In this document: in pieces, positions 1 to 9,759 of the stretch
Numbering within the stretch: the first letter of the stretch is position 1
Layout: each line of letters starts with the position of its first letter
Origin: a virus
Lineage: Duplodnaviria > Caudoviricetes
Virus record (IMG/VR): IMGVR_UViG_3300028598_000002
Coordinates: 1-57,563 of that record
Length of the DNA: 57,563 nt
Direction: 5' to 3' (one strand)
Notes under the pieces: generated by a model
Told to the model about the DNA's origin: nothing
Databases searched by the model: none
The model's input: the letters and a program-made list of their open reading frames with translations, nothing else
Translations under genes and position numbers: made by a program

Positions 1-1240
1 GAACAGGCGCGGGCTCAGCAACAGGCGCGGGTTGATCCAAGAGGCCCATTTCCTGAGCCGCGGCCTCGTCCAGATCCAGATCCATTTCTGCTGGAGGTGG
101 CTCTCTAGTAATATCAGGGCCTTGTAGTTCTTCCTGAGCTGGTGCTGAGAACTCATCCTCGAAGTCAGTCTGGGTTGACTCGATGACAGCATCAGCCGTT
201 TCATCAGGTGACGTAGCATCTGGATCAGCAGTCGCATCAACTGCTAATTTCTCAGCAGTCACATCAGCTATGGCACCGGGAGCACCGATAGTTGTACCAA
301 CACCAAAACCAACCAAGCCAGCGTGAACTACATCGTTCCAATCAATATTGGCAATCGCTTCTTTTAGCGTCATACCCTCTAACTGATTGGCATCGTAAAC
401 ACTTTCGAGTATCTCAGTGAGCATTTCTTGCCCACCTTCGCCTAAGGTGGTGTCTATCAGTCTTGAGAATCCTTGACCAGCACCAGCTCTACGAAGGGCA
501 GCTGTAACAGGGAGAGCTTCAGGTAAAGCTTCAGCGAGTAAAGAAAATTTGGCAGCTGCCATCGACTTATCGTGATCACCCTTGGTCTTCTCCATGGTGG
601 TCGCGTACTTGTTACCCGCGACTTGAGCTGACAACAAAGACATAGCCACAGCTGGGCTCTTTGTAATCGCACCTGTTGCCAGAGGGATCATCATGCCTGT
701 GGTGGCTTCGGCAACTTCTAAAAAGTATTTCTCAAGACCTTCGGCGTCATACTGGTTCTCAGGCTTAGACATTTCAATTCTAGCCTCAGAGCGTAGCATC
801 TGGCCTGTCTCTTGCATGGCCTTGCGAACATCACCAGAGATAACTTCATCAGCTACATCGACTACATCTTTGACAACCCCTCCACCGACTTCAGTGGCAA
901 GGTCTAACAGTGGATTGTAGGAGGGAGATAGCCACCCCGGCAATCCGAAAGGACCTTCCTCAGGTGGTACTACCGCCTCAGCTACACCTTCAATGGTAGG
1001 GCCTTCCTGCCTCGCTGCCATTTCCATCAAACCACCACCCTGTTGGGCTATGGTCGTTGTGGCTCGGTCTTTTAAGACTCCAAGATTGCTGCGTTCAGCA
1101 GGGGGCTCAGCAACAAAAGGTTCCGTAATCGGTGGGGCTGGCTCTGGGGTAGCAGCCTGCTGAAATTGGGCAAAGGGGTTCGTCTCTAAGGATTCTTCCT
1201 CCTCTTCAACTACGAACCGTGCAAATGGGTTAGTCGCCAT
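1..1240 (-). CDS. Large internal virion/ejection protein, N-terminal part (runs off the left edge)
   Basis: ATG at 1240 overlaps the stop of 1240..2652. Reads MATNPFARFVVEEEEESLETNPFAQFQQ..., and the same frame reads AQEMGLLDQPAPVAEPAPV at the window edge. Position after other ejection-type genes. Absent from the ORF track, presumably because no stop falls in the window. Confidence 0.65.
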   Translation of the reverse strand, partial: MATNPFARFVVEEEEESLETNPFAQFQQAATPEPAPPITEPFVAEPPAERSNLGVLKDRATTTIAQQGGGLMEMAARQEGPTIEGVAEAVVPPEEGPFGLPGWLSPSYNPLLDLATEVGGGVVKDVVDVADEVISGDVRKAMQETGQMLRSEARIEMSKPENQYDAEGLEKYFLEVAEATTGMMIPLATGAITKSPAVAMSLLSAQVAGNKYATTMEKTKGDHDKSMAAAKFSLLAEALPEALPVTAALRRAGAGQGFSRLIDTTLGEGGQEMLTEILESVYDANQLEGMTLKEAIANIDWNDVVHAGLVGFGVGTTIGAPGAIADVTAEKLAVDATADPDATSPDETADAVIESTQTDFEDEFSAPAQEELQGPDITREPPPAEMDLDLDEAAAQEMGLLDQPAPVAEPAPV

Positions 1241-2652
1241 TAGATAGTGTCAGGTAAATACCCAAACTGTTGCCTAAAATATTCCTTCATTTCGTCACTA
1301 GGATTACTCCTCAGCAATTCAATCGCCGCCGCTGGTGCAGCAGCCGGTGCAGTGCCCTCCGCTGGAATAGCAGCTTGCTGTTCAGCAGCCGCTGCCGGGG
1401 GCGCACCACTTTTAGCTAACTCCTCCCTATCCAGATCATCCCACATATCCATGATCATCTTATACTTTGCCAGCTCACGATCATAAGCATCTTGCGCTGC
1501 TGGTGGGATTACATAATCGGGTTTAGCCTCTTTGTACCGCTGGTGCCTAGCCATCTGTTCATCGGCATCGGCAAACGCAGAACTGGCTGTATTCAGGCGT
1601 TGCAATATCTCGTTACGCTTCTTGAAGAAGGTAGCTTCATTTTTCTGAGAACCACCCGCAGCGTAGTACTTCGCCTTGGCTTCAGCGAGCTTAACTTCAG
1701 CCTCCAGTTTCCTGACCTCAGCCGCACGTTTCATACCACCTTGGAGGTTCTTACGTCCCTCCAGATCCGCCTTCCGTTCTTCCAGCTCCTGCTTCTTCTT
1801 ATTCAGCTCGTTGTTGACTTTGTTTTGTGCCTTATCCTCGGCAGTGCCTTCACTCAAGCGTGCTTCAGCAGCTTCCCTAACTGCCTGCTCTTCATCAAAC
1901 TGGCGTGTTTTCTCAGCAGATTCTTCTGCCGCCGCTCGGTTTTCATTGATGGCAGTACTCCATGCTACGGGATCACGAGTCATTTCAACGAACTCAGCTA
2001 TATCCTGCGCCCCTACTTCCGCGGGTTCACCTTCAGGTTGTCCTGTTTCTTCATCGATAACCTGTACCATTAATGTACCGTTGGGGCCTACCGTGATATC
2101 AGCAGTATTGCCATCAGGCATATTGGAATACGCACGTTCAAGCGCACGCGCCGCCGCCTGCGGATTAACCTTCAGCAGCTGCATGGCTTCCTTAGCATCC
2201 TTCTCAAACGCCGAGTGCTGAGTTTGAGCGATATGTGCCTGCGCTGCCGCTACGGCTTCGGGCCCCATCTTGCCAGCTTTCTCCATGATGTTATCTTCCC
2301 ATGACTTCCAATCCTTGGTGGTAGTAGTCATGCGCTTTTGCCCCGCGGCCTGAAGTGCCTCCGCTTCGGTAGCAGGAATCCCCCCGGGAGTATCAGCAAA
2401 GTCGGCAGTTTGTTCCGCCAGCATGGCACTCTGCTCGGTGTCACCTACAACACGTTCTGCTTTTTCAGCGTCAGGTATCCCGGCCATAGCCTCACCCAGC
2501 TCTTCTTTTTGCTTACGAGTCTGGTAGTCCTGAACCATGCCACCCATCGTCTGAGCGTTCCTCAGGATGTCTGCTGTAGTAGGCGGCTTGAAGTTGCCTT
2601 CCGGTATTGCCGCGGCGTAGCTCGATGGCCTCATGTAAGTTTGTGCAACCAT
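1240..2652 (-). CDS. Putative internal virion (DNA ejection) protein
   Basis: 470 aa, A/E/Q/K-rich and helical. The C-terminal 'AIELLRSNPSDEMKEYFRQQFGYLP' tail and the position are typical of podovirus ejection proteins (inference). Confidence 0.6.
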   Translation of the reverse strand: MVAQTYMRPSSYAAAIPEGNFKPPTTADILRNAQTMGGMVQDYQTRKQKEELGEAMAGIPDAEKAERVVGDTEQSAMLAEQTADFADTPGGIPATEAEALQAAGQKRMTTTTKDWKSWEDNIMEKAGKMGPEAVAAAQAHIAQTQHSAFEKDAKEAMQLLKVNPQAAARALERAYSNMPDGNTADITVGPNGTLMVQVIDEETGQPEGEPAEVGAQDIAEFVEMTRDPVAWSTAINENRAAAEESAEKTRQFDEEQAVREAAEARLSEGTAEDKAQNKVNNELNKKKQELEERKADLEGRKNLQGGMKRAAEVRKLEAEVKLAEAKAKYYAAGGSQKNEATFFKKRNEILQRLNTASSAFADADEQMARHQRYKEAKPDYVIPPAAQDAYDRELAKYKMIMDMWDDLDREELAKSGAPPAAAAEQQAAIPAEGTAPAAAPAAAIELLRSNPSDEMKEYFRQQFGYLPDTI

Positions 2653-2653
2653 A

Positions 2654-3841
2654 TCAATAACTCCTCACGACTGAATTGGGTGGGGGTGGGTACTCCATCC
2701 TCGTCACTGGGCCACCCATAGCGTAGCCCTTCTTCATTTCACCACCCTTGTACATGCCATAAACTTCCCTGCTTGTGCGCTGACCTGTATCGCCACCGCC
2801 CGGGTAATTACTCACCAGCATTTCCCCACCCTGATACATACCAGCGGGGATCGCTTGCGGTGGGTTAGGCATGCCTTCAGGAGGCACGGCTTCGGGGGGT
2901 GGTACCGCCATGGCATCGCCCATAATCTGGGCCTTCTGCTCACGCTCACGGTTCTCGGTCTTAACTTTCTCAATCAGCTTGTCAAAGAACTCAGTGCCTT
3001 TACGCCGCACAACTTCCTCTGGTATCACGAACTCGCCATCAGACAGCGCAGCTGGAATAGCATCATCTTTGGGTCCACCGGGACCTTCAATCTCACCACC
3101 TTCAGCTATGCCTCCCAGCATACCACCGACAGAAGCACCGATACCCGGCATACCAAACGCAGCACCGATACCGGCACCGGCTAGAGTGCCAAGTGTAGAC
3201 CCTTGTGACTGTTCCTGTGCTTGTTCTTGCTGGCCTTGCTTGAGTAAGGCACTGGCACCTTGTGTCGCTTGACCAACCGCGTCCCCAAAAATCTGACCAG
3301 TATCCATACCCAGCGGCCTATCCCAATCCTGAAGCTCCTGAGCTTGCTGGCCTTGGACGCCTTGCTTCAGGGCTAGACCCCTATTCTCAATGTCGCGCCT
3401 TGCCTGAGTGCCAGCGAGTGCTTTTTGTTTCGCTTCCTCAATACGGACACGAGAATCGAGGGCAGCGTTTCGTGTCTGTGAGGGGTCAACACCATAGGAC
3501 TCTAACCGGCGTAGGGCATTTTCACGGGCAGCATCCATCTGGGATGCGACTTCCGCTTGTGCTTTAGCAGACTCTGATGTTCGCCGTTCTGCGGTATCAA
3601 AATCCTGTACCTGCTGGAGATAATCTTCACTGATATCACCGGCAGTTTGCGCCCGACGAACCTGCTGATCCGCGATACCTGAAAGCGCACCTTTACTGCG
3701 CTTCCATTTATCAAACTCGAAATCTTCCATTTGCTCTTGGCGTGCACCCCACTTCTTGGCTCGGCCATAGCCACGCTTCATCAACCACTTATTCAGTCTG
3801 CTGACATCCTTTGAGCCTGATGGCTTTGATTTCTTACCCAT
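2654..3841 (-). CDS. Putative internal virion/pilot protein
   Basis: 395 aa. Coiled-coil, a Gly-rich hydrophobic segment (LGTLAGAGIGAAFGMPGIGASVGG) and the GGxxxGPGxxxxDxIPAxLSDGEFV motif common in tape-measure/ejection proteins. Confidence 0.6.
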   Translation of the reverse strand: MGKKSKPSGSKDVSRLNKWLMKRGYGRAKKWGARQEQMEDFEFDKWKRSKGALSGIADQQVRRAQTAGDISEDYLQQVQDFDTAERRTSESAKAQAEVASQMDAARENALRRLESYGVDPSQTRNAALDSRVRIEEAKQKALAGTQARRDIENRGLALKQGVQGQQAQELQDWDRPLGMDTGQIFGDAVGQATQGASALLKQGQQEQAQEQSQGSTLGTLAGAGIGAAFGMPGIGASVGGMLGGIAEGGEIEGPGGPKDDAIPAALSDGEFVIPEEVVRRKGTEFFDKLIEKVKTENREREQKAQIMGDAMAVPPPEAVPPEGMPNPPQAIPAGMYQGGEMLVSNYPGGGDTGQRTSREVYGMYKGGEMKKGYAMGGPVTRMEYPPPPNSVVRSY

Positions 3842-4281
3842 TACGCTGCCTCTTTAAACCTATGCATCTTGAGATAACGACACTCGTCTCTATGCATTGT
3901 GAAAATTATTAAATCGCCATCCTCCGCACCTTTTGGAATACGGCACTGTTCCTTAAACCCGAGCTTCTCGTTAAACCTAACGGCCCGGGGGTTACCTGTC
4001 GATACCCTTGATGTCAGGTAGGTGAGACCATACGCATTAAAGGGTATGTCGAAAGACAAGAAGAGAAACTGTGGCGTTAACCAGTAGCGCCCGGGCTCAC
4101 CAGCTGAGTGCATTTCCACCATCACTTCAGAAAACCCATCATACCCAACGACACCAATCAGTTTTTCATTGTCATTATCCCACTGCCCGATGCATGTCAT
4201 TGAGAGCGTAGGGACATACCCTATCCGTTCACAGAGCCACTGCATCAATCCGTCCTGAGGTTCGGTAATAGTAATAACCAT
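3841..4281 (-). CDS. GNAT-fold virion-assembly protein (T7 gp13/P22 gp14-like)
   Basis: 146 aa with 'N..A.RFNEKLGFKE' GNAT-like motif, between the tail tube and ejection genes. Confidence 0.65.
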   Translation of the reverse strand: MVITITEPQDGLMQWLCERIGYVPTLSMTCIGQWDNDNEKLIGVVGYDGFSEVMVEMHSAGEPGRYWLTPQFLFLSFDIPFNAYGLTYLTSRVSTGNPRAVRFNEKLGFKEQCRIPKGAEDGDLIIFTMHRDECRYLKMHRFKEAA

Positions 4282-4556
4282 TACGGAATACCCGCCGCGG
4301 CTAACCGGTCTTCAATATCTTTAACCCGGGCCTCAAGTGTTTTACCAGAAGCATCTATCGAACCAATGGCAATTAAATCACCCACCGTAGCGAAGCTCTC
4401 GCGCACATCCCCCGCTTCCCGAGACTGCACCAACGCCCGTTCCTTCATTGCCCTGACTGTCTTATCAACAGATACCAGAGTTTCTTCAGGCTCAGGTATG
4501 GCTGACCAGCCCCGGTTAGGAAAGATACGAAGTATGGCACCACTGGGTTTAGACAT
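4281..4556 (-). CDS. Hypothetical virion-associated protein
   Basis: 91 aa ORF translationally coupled to both neighbours. Confidence 0.55.
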   Translation of the reverse strand: MSKPSGAILRIFPNRGWSAIPEPEETLVSVDKTVRAMKERALVQSREAGDVRESFATVGDLIAIGSIDASGKTLEARVKDIEDRLAAAGIP

Positions 4557-6387
4557 CAGCCAACCCCTTCTCTGTCTCAGCTACAGTAATCGAAAATACA
4601 GTTCGCAGCCCTCTGACTTCAAACTCCCAGATATCATTTTTAAAACCAGTAGGCAGTTTGAACGATTTCTTGTCATTGATCTGCTCAGCAAATACTAAAT
4701 CACCATCAGCGTAGGCAATAAACGTAAGGTTCGTACTGCGAATTAAAAGTTGTTGCAGGTCGATCAAAGGTGAACCACCAAGAGATAACCGGTTCTGAGG
4801 ATCAGTATCATAAGGGGGCGGCAGTGGCTCTTTATATGAGCTACCCAATGCCGCACCACCGATGGGGTTCAGTCGTGTAAGGATACGCTGCTCATTAAAA
4901 AGCCTAGCCTCTGCTATGACCATTTCCAGATCAGAAATAATTTCTTCCTGTCCTTCCATATCTACAACAGCGGCACCCATATTACAGGGCTTTCTAAAGT
5001 AGAATGTTTTCGACCGCCACTTGTAGGGCACGCGGGCTTCCATGATTGAATCCCAGAAATAGACTACCCCGGCGCGAATAATATAAAGCTCACCAGTACG
5101 GTCGTCTGTCTGGACCTGATCTACGTCAGTGAAATAATCCAGCTCGATGAAAGATGAGTTAGGATCTTGTGGGTTAATTACTATACCCTTATCTGAGGCA
5201 TAAAAACCAAGATACTCATCTTCATACTGTGCTGCTCTCAACGTCTCAGGACTATAGTTATCAACCCATTCGTCCTTGGTCAGTATCTCGTCAGTAGGAT
5301 TAGTAACACCACTAGCACTCAACAATATCAACCCGTTTTGGCTGGCATACAGAACACCATAAGGCAGTGACACTATGGAGAACGGGCTTAGCCCGGGCTC
5401 AGCTGTATTGTTCTTAGTTAGTGTGGTGCTCTCAGGGGAAGTACCTGTTGCAAAATAAGGATGTCCTTTAGTGACGATACCCGCCGACTGCCCAAATACA
5501 CCAGCACCGATGATTTCATACTGAGCACTCAGATCGTAGCTAGCAGGCCATGCCCAAGGTCGATACGTCTCACTGAAATGAATATTCCTGCCAGCCCATG
5601 CCAGAAAAAACCCGTTAGGCATGATGACAGCATTATCAATATCAACCGGCGCAACAGCCCAGTCCTCAGATTCAAGTAAATTATTACGAGCAATTTCATC
5701 TGATGGGTTTGTATCGACATAGCTGCTTACGATCAGTGGGATATTGGCAACGAAAAAGAACTCAACCGTGGAGAAGCCAACAACGGTACGGTAAATATTT
5801 TTGGTAAGAACTGGCTGCTCTGCTGGGTTCGGTACAGTAGTATCCAGACCACTGAAAGTCCACGTACCATCTTCTTTACCAGTAGCAGTAATCGGAGCAG
5901 AAGGTGCGCCCTCTTCCCCGAACGCAGTCACCAGCGTGTAGACGTAGGACCGGTCTTCATCAGGAGCTACACCACCAACTGCAAGAAGAGACCCATTAAG
6001 AACAGGAGCAGGAACACCAAGCCAGTAGTAAGGATCTCCGTTACGTAGTCGGGTCAGCGTGTTGTACTCAGGCCGACCACCACCGAATTTGTAGTAGCGA
6101 TCAAAAGCGTCATTCAAAAGTGGGCCGGGGTACAGGTTAATTTCTGGATTATCAAACCCAACCCAGAGTTCTCCATTCGGTGAGATAGCATCCGGTATAC
6201 GAAAGGCTTTCTGAATAGTCGGGTCATTGAAATTAAACACCTCGTGCCAATCCCTAATACCGCGCAAGGCACCGCTGCTCAGCTTACAGTTGAAAGCTTC
6301 ATCCGCTTGGTTGTTAGCCAATAATCGACTACTACGCCGCGGGTACTGGCCTTTGAAATCCTCTATCCTGACACGAGAACCAGTCAT
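4549..6387 (-). CDS. Tail tubular/nozzle (stabilization) protein
   Basis: 612 aa, beta-rich, with '(Y)KWRSKTFYF' and 'KLPTGFK..WEFEV' C-terminal motifs. Size and position fit a podovirus tail tubular protein B/gp10-like protein. Confidence 0.65.
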   Translation of the reverse strand: MTGSRVRIEDFKGQYPRRSSRLLANNQADEAFNCKLSSGALRGIRDWHEVFNFNDPTIQKAFRIPDAISPNGELWVGFDNPEINLYPGPLLNDAFDRYYKFGGGRPEYNTLTRLRNGDPYYWLGVPAPVLNGSLLAVGGVAPDEDRSYVYTLVTAFGEEGAPSAPITATGKEDGTWTFSGLDTTVPNPAEQPVLTKNIYRTVVGFSTVEFFFVANIPLIVSSYVDTNPSDEIARNNLLESEDWAVAPVDIDNAVIMPNGFFLAWAGRNIHFSETYRPWAWPASYDLSAQYEIIGAGVFGQSAGIVTKGHPYFATGTSPESTTLTKNNTAEPGLSPFSIVSLPYGVLYASQNGLILLSASGVTNPTDEILTKDEWVDNYSPETLRAAQYEDEYLGFYASDKGIVINPQDPNSSFIELDYFTDVDQVQTDDRTGELYIIRAGVVYFWDSIMEARVPYKWRSKTFYFRKPCNMGAAVVDMEGQEEIISDLEMVIAEARLFNEQRILTRLNPIGGAALGSSYKEPLPPPYDTDPQNRLSLGGSPLIDLQQLLIRSTNLTFIAYADGDLVFAEQINDKKSFKLPTGFKNDIWEFEVRGLRTVFSITVAETEKGLADV

Positions 6388-6390
6388 GAG

Positions 6391-6483
6391 TTATGTCCAC
6401 TCTCCAGTCGCCAGAATAATTACCACCATAATTGCCACAGCAGCCAGCAATCCCTCAAAAATATCGTTGCTTTCACGTGTCAT
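6391..6483 (-). CDS. 30-aa single-pass membrane peptide
   Basis: MTRESNDIFEGLLAAVAIMVVIILATGEWT*. ATGA overlap with the stop of 6480..7583; fills the gap to the next gene. Confidence 0.45.
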   Translation of the reverse strand: MTRESNDIFEGLLAAVAIMVVIILATGEWT

Positions 6484-7583
6484 AGCAATGCCCTTATACA
6501 AACCAGCGCCGGGATGTTTCGGCCTCTTGTCTCGCTACCACCAGTAAAGCCAGTTTGGTGGCTACCGTTAAAACCCTGACCATCCGTAAGACCATCCGAG
6601 TCACCATTCAGAGTACCAATATCACTATGACGGTGGCTCTCAAGCTCATGATCCTGCCAATCAACTGAATCATCAGCACGATCAGGGTCACGACTACTAG
6701 CACCCGGGGCACCGCCAGAGTCATTGTTCAAGCCACGAATAAATTCACCCCTGAGATCAGGTATCCGGAAAGTACCAACAGTGTCACCGCTCGAATATTT
6801 ACCTACACCATTTGCACCACCGTTTGCCTCAGATAGCCATGTAGCATCAGAAACAAGAACCGCTTCAGGAGCACTAGCGTAAGCCCATAAAGCCGGGTAA
6901 ACAGCACGAATTAACTCGGCACCATTTGCTTCGATTAACCCGACACCGGGGGGTACAGCTTGTGTCGCCGGTAAATACACCAGCTCACCGATACCACCCG
7001 CAGCGCCTCCGAGTAGTAACTTCCACCCTTGCCAAATCGCACCAACACGCTCTCGTATCCAGACCTTGCCATTATCAATACCACTAAGACCATCAAGCCT
7101 CTGCGTTCCGAATGTGTTATTTGTCCCCATGCTGGTAAGCAGAAAACCATCAGTGGTGAAATCAAGGGGACCACCAACCAGTCCCGTGTTAGTTACGTAG
7201 AATCGACTGTTGATTAAAAGATTATCCGCAACCCCGACATATTCCTCGTGGAGGCCGGTAGGTCCGTAACCACCGAAGGTCGTAGGCCATACATTTCTAC
7301 CAATTTCCCAATCACTTGTAACAAACGGACCCGGTCCATTAGGTAGGATAGCCCGATACATTTCATTATCGGCTTCACGTACTACGAGGTCACCAACAAT
7401 ATAAGTAGTAGTTTCAGAGAAATTCCGAACACCAATAAGGTCTTCGGCATCTTCTGCTACGTTGATAATACCAAGCTGTTTATCAGGGAAATTTACATAA
7501 AGCTCACCAGCTTGACGAGTAGCCGCAGCAGGGCGTGCTCCTATGGCTGAACTCCTTAGGATCTTCTGTTTCGGATTTGACAT
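6480..7583 (-). CDS. Tail fibre protein with tail-collar domain
   Basis: Collar motif 'ANGAEL.RA.YPALWA...GTFRIPDLRGEFIRG...ETR.RNI'. N-terminal 'KILRSS..G..P....AGELYVN..DK.L' fibre attachment motif. Confidence 0.75.
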   Translation of the reverse strand: MSNPKQKILRSSAIGARPAAATRQAGELYVNFPDKQLGIINVAEDAEDLIGVRNFSETTTYIVGDLVVREADNEMYRAILPNGPGPFVTSDWEIGRNVWPTTFGGYGPTGLHEEYVGVADNLLINSRFYVTNTGLVGGPLDFTTDGFLLTSMGTNNTFGTQRLDGLSGIDNGKVWIRERVGAIWQGWKLLLGGAAGGIGELVYLPATQAVPPGVGLIEANGAELIRAVYPALWAYASAPEAVLVSDATWLSEANGGANGVGKYSSGDTVGTFRIPDLRGEFIRGLNNDSGGAPGASSRDPDRADDSVDWQDHELESHRHSDIGTLNGDSDGLTDGQGFNGSHQTGFTGGSETRGRNIPALVCIRALL

Positions 7584-7629
7584 ATGTCGTTCCTCACGTG
7601 GTATCTACCACGGATTTAGTTTAAATAAT

Positions 7630-7869
7630 TTACCCGACTTTGTTAACCGGTATATCAGCGTACTGACAGCGTTCGATTGCTACCATAACAGGATCAGTCT
7701 GCTTGCGAGGTATTGGCGTATCCCGAAGCAAATCAATGATTTGCTGCATCAGCTGTTGTGGCACGATTGCTGCCCGGTAAGTCGCTTGCTGCTGAGGTGG
7801 TGGTGCCTTAGCCTCAGGTTTCTTTTCTGGTGCTTCTCCGTTTTTGCCTTTCTCTGCTGGTTCAGTCAT
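7630..7869 (-). CDS. Hypothetical protein
   Basis: 79 aa ORF with AGGAG Shine-Dalgarno (SD) upstream. Confidence 0.5.
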   Translation of the reverse strand: MTEPAEKGKNGEAPEKKPEAKAPPPQQQATYRAAIVPQQLMQQIIDLLRDTPIPRKQTDPVMVAIERCQYADIPVNKVG

Positions 7870-7925
7870 GTTTATGCTACTCCTGTGTATGTAGTTAGAG
7901 TGGGTAGTGTATCTCTATTCGATAC

Positions 7926-8330
7926 TCACTGCACTAGGGTCTCTAAAGCTTCGAGCCTCTCATTCTGGGCATGATCATCCCCTCGACCAAACTTCTTGGC
8001 ATCGGCAATTGCATCATCCTGCTTTTTGAGCTTCTCGATGATCTCATTTATCGCCCGGTTTTGTTGCTCATCCATCGTTTCATCAGTCGGCGCACGAACA
8101 TCACCATCCACAGCATCGATGGCATCATCCTTGCTGAACACATCAAATACTTTCGGGGCTTGAGTCCCAGCTGCGACACCGATAGTCAGCAAAGGTATGA
8201 TCTTGAGTAGCAACGGGGCATGAGGTAGCAGCAGCTTCGTCCAGTCAAAAGCCCGAACCTTTTTAATCTCGAAATCCTCCAGCTCCTGCCAGCCTTCCGC
8301 TCTACGATCTTGTCCGCTTCGTGATTTCAT
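7926..8330 (-). CDS. Membrane-anchored coiled-coil protein (possibly i-spanin-like)
   Basis: Hydrophobic segment LLLKIIPLLTIGVAAG followed by coiled-coil, at the end of the lysis cassette. Confidence 0.4.
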   Translation of the reverse strand: MKSRSGQDRRAEGWQELEDFEIKKVRAFDWTKLLLPHAPLLLKIIPLLTIGVAAGTQAPKVFDVFSKDDAIDAVDGDVRAPTDETMDEQQNRAINEIIEKLKKQDDAIADAKKFGRGDDHAQNERLEALETLVQ

Positions 8331-8812
8331 CAGAATCTAAACGTCCCACCGACTATCAGCCAGTTACCAAAGTCCTGCCCTTGCTCTGGAACGAAGGTCA
8401 CATGGAATAGTGCAGGTACGCTTTTCCATTTTTTACCGAGTTTGGCAGAGTAGGCACCTTCCTCCTCGTCATCAACTTGAAGTGCATAGGTAATCGATCC
8501 TTGCCAGTCGGTTGTTGACCAGTCCAGCTCATGTGCTCCTGCGGTCATTGCCAGCGACAGTGCTCTTGACATATCACCCTCACTCAGGCCGTTACTCAGG
8601 CACATGCATCCGTCCGTATCACTATTGCTGTAATAATTATTGGTAGTGCTGTTATCAATATCGATATCGTGGCTATGACCACCGTGAGCAAAAACAGCTT
8701 CCCACGCAATCAGACACGTGATCAGGATAATCATACCTATGAATATTTTAATCATCATCTTGTTGTCCTTTCGTTCCCGTTTCTCGCCCGGTTTCAGCGG
8801 CTTGTTCATCAT
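8330..8812 (-). CDS. Signal-peptide protein with YadA-anchor-like C-terminus (putative outer-membrane protein)
   Basis: GGAGG SD; signal peptide ending AVFA; helix MSRALSLAMTAG followed by about four amphipathic strands ending ...LIVGGTFRF (terminal Phe). Confidence 0.5.
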   Translation of the reverse strand: MMNKPLKPGEKRERKDNKMMIKIFIGMIILITCLIAWEAVFAHGGHSHDIDIDNSTTNNYYSNSDTDGCMCLSNGLSEGDMSRALSLAMTAGAHELDWSTTDWQGSITYALQVDDEEEGAYSAKLGKKWKSVPALFHVTFVPEQGQDFGNWLIVGGTFRF

Positions 8813-8945
8813 GTCGCAACCTCCAACATTCCTTCAAAAGTTTCTGCAACTTTCGGGTTAATTTTCTCAGCCGTTTAAGCTCTACTTTCTGTTCCCGCTC
8901 CCGCTGGCGTGATCTCATCAACTCCTGTAACAGCGGGTCTGTCAC
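8748..8945 (-). CDS. Small basic hypothetical protein
   Basis: 65 aa, ATGA-coupled to the upstream gene, overlaps the next gene by 65 nt. Confidence 0.35.
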   Translation of the reverse strand: MTDPLLQELMRSRQREREQKVELKRLRKLTRKLQKLLKECWRLRHDEQAAETGRETGTKGQQDDD

Positions 8946-9523
8946 TCATACTTGACTTCATACGGAGGTGAAGCAATCGTAAACGCACCTGACCGGCCAT
9001 CTTTAGTAACCCGCTCAACGCACTCAATTAAACTGGTGCATTGCCTTGGACCAGTCTCGTCATCATTCATCAGTGTATCGCCATCTGGGCCGACAATCGT
9101 AAAGTACCCTTTTCTTGTAATCTCCAACTCATTCCCCCTCACCGGTATTGGTGGTGGCTCTATTGGTGGTGGCTCGTTACCTTCGATGTGGCCGTTGCCA
9201 TCACCATCGGTATCAACGAGTGTGAAAAATACTTCCTGCGAATCAGCGCTATCAACACCAGCCTCATTGAAAGCCCGCATCTTGCACTTCCAGTCTCCCG
9301 GTCCCGCCCACGCCTTAACATACTGGGTATCGGTCGCAGGCAGGATTGCAGGATTGCCGTAGTCGTTTCCTGCATACAGGCACCAGAGCTTGTATCCAGC
9401 GAGGTCAGTTAATGGTGAGCCATCAGTATTTTCAGTCGGTGGTACCCATGTCACCGTGTAGCCAGCCAGTGCTGAACTACTAATTACTAACCCGATTAGT
9501 AGTAAATTAGTAATTGTCTTCAT
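8942..9523 (-). CDS. Secreted fibronectin type III-domain protein
   Basis: Signal peptide [20 protein letters not shown]; Fn3 signature 'TVTWVPPTENTDGSPLTDLAGYKL...MRAFNEAGVDSADS'; DTDGDG motif; Pro-rich linker. Confidence 0.65.
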   Translation of the reverse strand: MKTITNLLLIGLVISSSALAGYTVTWVPPTENTDGSPLTDLAGYKLWCLYAGNDYGNPAILPATDTQYVKAWAGPGDWKCKMRAFNEAGVDSADSQEVFFTLVDTDGDGNGHIEGNEPPPIEPPPIPVRGNELEITRKGYFTIVGPDGDTLMNDDETGPRQCTSLIECVERVTKDGRSGAFTIASPPYEVKYE

Positions 9524-9759
9524 AGCTTCTCATTCAAAAAGGCCCAAGTAGCAGCGAGAGCAGCGACAACACCACCAGTCCAGAGAATAAGGTGACCAAT
9601 AATATGCCCACTACGCGAGAGCGCAGCGATGTCTTTCCAGTTGATTTCGAAAACTGGTTCCAGTCTTTCTTCAAGCCGGTCAAGTCGCTTGAGGATATGG
9701 GCATGAGTAACTTCCACATCCGCTCCCGCTTGTAAAGGTGTAATATCATCATCGTTCAC
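9520..9759 (-). CDS. Small C-terminally anchored membrane protein (holin/XhlA-like)
   Basis: 79 aa, coiled-coil then one TM segment ([17 protein letters not shown]), in the lysis cassette. Confidence 0.5.
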   Translation of the reverse strand: MNDDDITPLQAGADVEVTHAHILKRLDRLEERLEPVFEINWKDIAALSRSGHIIGHLILWTGGVVAALAATWAFLNEKL

